Assembly (NCBI RefSeq): GCF_001194135.2
Contig: NC_068984.1
Span: forward strand, 118,707,789-118,771,788
DNA length: 64,000 nt
DNA from: Octopus bimaculoides
Taxonomy: Eukaryota
Reading direction: 5' to 3'
A program made the translations under genes and the position numbers. The notes beneath the pieces were generated by a model that worked only from the letters and a program-made list of their open reading frames with translations, was not told the origin of the DNA and searched no databases. This document shows, one piece after another, positions 61,049-64,000 of the stretch (the stretch's first letter is position 1; each line of letters opens with the position of its first letter).

Positions 61049-63143
61049 TACATACATAAAACTTAGATATGTTTTAGCCAAAGATTGGTCCAGGCCATGT
61101 CTAACTTAATAGCACATACATATATGTATATATACATACATATATGTACATATATGTATATATATATATAGTCGCACATATACATACATACACACATATG
61201 CATATATATGAATGTATATATAAGCACAGTCAAGGCTGTGCAGTAAGACATTGCTTTTCAATCACTGTTTTGGGTTCAGTCCCATTACATGGCAGTTTTG
61301 AAAAGTGTCTTCTACTACAACTCTGGGCTGACCAAAGCCTTGTGAGTGAATTTGGTAGACAGAAACTGAAAAGAGCGTGCTGTGCATGCGCATGTGCATG
61401 TGCGTGTGTGCGCATGTCTGACCATCAAGCAAGCAGTGTCCTTCATTTCAAATCTTTTGGTCAAGGGGAAATATTACCTTACTTGAAACCAGGTGGGGTT
61501 GGTGATAAAAATGGCAACTGACCATAGAAAAACCTGCCTCAACAATTCCTGTCCAACCCATGCTTTAATCCTCACGCTCTTGTTTACAAAATACAAAGTT
61601 GCTGTTTTGAAGCGATCTAAATTAAAACCTTCAATCAAAATTTCATGTTGATTTATTTTTCAAGCCAGCTTAACTATGACAGTTATTTTATTAAATTTTT
61701 CATTTTTTAAAAGAAATCAATTGAAATGAAAGCAATATAATTTAACAGAAATATGGTAATAAAAATGTTAAGGGTCTAAAGAAGTGTACCTGTATACAGC
61801 TATCAACAAACTATTTATTGCTATCATTCTAAACATTAAAGTTCTAATTAGTACTTCTGCTGATTTGATGGTTATATTTTATGATTAAAAAGAATGATAT
61901 CTCAGCATCTAAATTCACTTTGAGTGGACATGTTTCCCACTAGTGCAAAAAATATTTATGAGAACATTTTTTTTTTTTTTTTTTAACTGAAAAAGGAATT
62001 ACAACATAAAATGAGTACTAAGAATAGTATCTTTTCTGAAGATCATAACAATAAAGCTATACCAAAATGTATCAAACATACATTTTTGACAAAGTATACT
62101 CTTCAGAAATGTCTAGTAAGTTCTTTAATATTTGCCAAATCAATTTAAATTTTCTGTTTTTTATGTAANNNNNNNNNNAAAAACTTTTCACTTAACACAC
62201 AGACAACTGTTTTTTTTTTTATTTCTTTTTTTTTCTAATAAATTTTCATGTTCTACCACAAAAGATTTGTCTGGAGAGACGAACCAGTCACTTTTACTGA
62301 AACACTATGAATTTTCATAATAAATTTCGACAATATCTCTATTGATATTTTGCATTTTATGAGAAAAGAATTGAAATAGGATAACTGTCACATACGATCC
62401 TTACTAAAACTATCTGACAAGTTCTTTTTTCAGATCTATATTTGGCAAGTTGGCATTAAACATGAGAATTTTTATTGATATTTGTCAACAAGATGTTAAC
62501 ATTGCTTTATTTCAGTGAAAGCAAAGGTACCAGGTTCAACCCCATAATGTTTCAAAGGTTATATAAGAAAAAAAAAAAATGAAGATACAAAAAAAAAAAA
62601 AACATAAAAGGATAGTCTATGATTTGTAGTTACCATTTTGGAAGGTTAGAATTTATCTTAACCCAATAAAAATGGACTTTTATCTATATCTTTTTTTTTC
62701 TTTTTCAGATCACCATTATCATCATCATCATCGTTTAATGTCTGCTTTCCATGTTGACATGGGTTGGAAAGTTTGACATGGAGCTAGCTAGCAGGGAGTT
62801 GTCCAGATCCCAACTGGCTGTTGTGGCATGGTTTCTATGGCTGGATGCCCTTTTTAATGCCAACCACTTAACAGAGCATGTTGGGTGCTTTTTATGTGCC
62901 ACTGGCACAGATGCCGTTACACATCAATGGCACTGGTGCGTTAACACAACACTGGCGCGGGTGTGTTAACACAGCACCAACACTTGAAAGGACAAGCCTG
63001 TACATGTGAAAGACAACGATTTCACTTTGCTTGATGTGTCTTATCAAGTATAACAAATTGCCACGTCCCCCAGTCTCTTGTCATTTCCTCAGTGAGGTCA
63101 AGCATCCAAAGATCAATATTTTAACTGAGATAAGTATTTTAAA

Positions 63144-63195
<52 letters not shown>

Positions 63196-63262
63196 TACAC
63201 ACGCAGAGTCTCAGATCAAATCACTTGCCTGGCATGTACACTTCTGAAATATATATATATAT

Positions 63263-63583
63263 TCTTTACTCTTTACTTGTTTCAGTCATTTGACTGCAGC
63301 CATGCTGGAGCACTGCCTTTAGTCGAGCAAATCGACCCCACGACTTATTCTTTGTAAGCCTAGTATTTATTCTATCGGTCTCTTTTGCTAAACCGCTAGG
63401 TTACAGGAACGTAAACACACCAGCATCAGTTGTCAAGCGATTCTGGGGGGACAAACACAGACACACAAACATATACACACACACATACATATATATATAT
63501 TTATATTTACATATATACGACGGTCTTCTTTCAGTTTCCGTCTACCAAATCCACTCACAAGGCTTTGGTCAGCCCAAGGCTAT
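63263..63583 (-). mobile_element. SINE family 2, young 5'-truncated copy
   Basis: Near-identical to 45921-46240. Confidence 0.9.
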
Positions 63584-63584
63584 A

Positions 63585-63707
63585 TGCTCCTCTATGCTGA
63601 TAACCTTACACTAATTGCTGAGTCACTATCAGACCTAGAGGAAAAGTTGCAGGTGTGGAAACAAGGATTAGAATTGAAGGGCCTTAGAGACAACCTAGCT
63701 AAAGCCA
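63585..63707 (+). mobile_element. RTE LINE RT fragment
   Basis: LLYADNL.LIAESLSDLEEKLQVWKQGLELKGLR.NLAK (YADD motif). Confidence 0.75.
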
Positions 63708-63733
63708 ATGTATATATATATATATATATATAT

Positions 63734-63920
63734 AAAATACAAAAATGAGACAAGAACACAAAACATCCAGACAGACAATACAAAGAAAACAAGCAGAGTA
63801 GAAAACTCCGAATGACCCATCCTTGTTTTCTTTGTATCTGTCTGAATGTTTTTTTTTGTCCCTTTTTTGTATCACCTAACCATCTGGATATTTTGTATTC
63901 TTGTCCCATTTTTGTATTTT
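63734..63920. repeat. Foldback element between (TA)n tracts
   Basis: aaaatacaaaaatgagacaagaacacaaaacatccagacagacaatacaaagaaaacaag pairs with cttgttttctttgtatctgtctgaatgtttt and atctggatattttgtattcttgtcccatttttgtatttt. Confidence 0.85.
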
Positions 63921-64000
63921 TTATATATATAAATATATAGCAGCATACATACACTTTGGTCTCTTACATATATATATACATATACACATACATAAATATA

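Overview
AT-rich, microsatellite-dense eukaryotic genomic scaffold with several N gaps. The repeat landscape suggests a cephalopod (Octopus-like) genome; this is my recognition and was not checked against a database. One protein-coding gene is well supported on the minus strand. It has a 461-nt internal exon (37357-37817, 153 open codons, canonical splice sites) and two phase-compatible sets of upstream exons that imply alternative promoters/N-termini. I cannot name the gene, and its downstream exons are uncertain. Most of the rest is intronic/intergenic and filled with several modular tRNA-derived SINE families, RTE, R4/Dong, CR1-like and Penelope-like (PLE) remnants, Tigger, mariner, hAT and TTAA-type MITEs, and simple repeats. 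The most notable observations are: (i) a foldback element carrying a well-formed type I hammerhead ribozyme motif (16314-16388, minus) with a degenerate mirror copy; (ii) a tRNA-headed SINE ending in a hammerhead-like PLE-type tail, with an inverted terminus inside one target-site duplication; (iii) a LINE 3' end shared with the commonest SINE; (iv) a ~600-bp intronic foldback near the coding exon; (v) a CpG-retaining domain (~12-25 kb) between CpG-depleted flanks. All coordinates and alignments were derived by eye; repeat boundaries are approximate.
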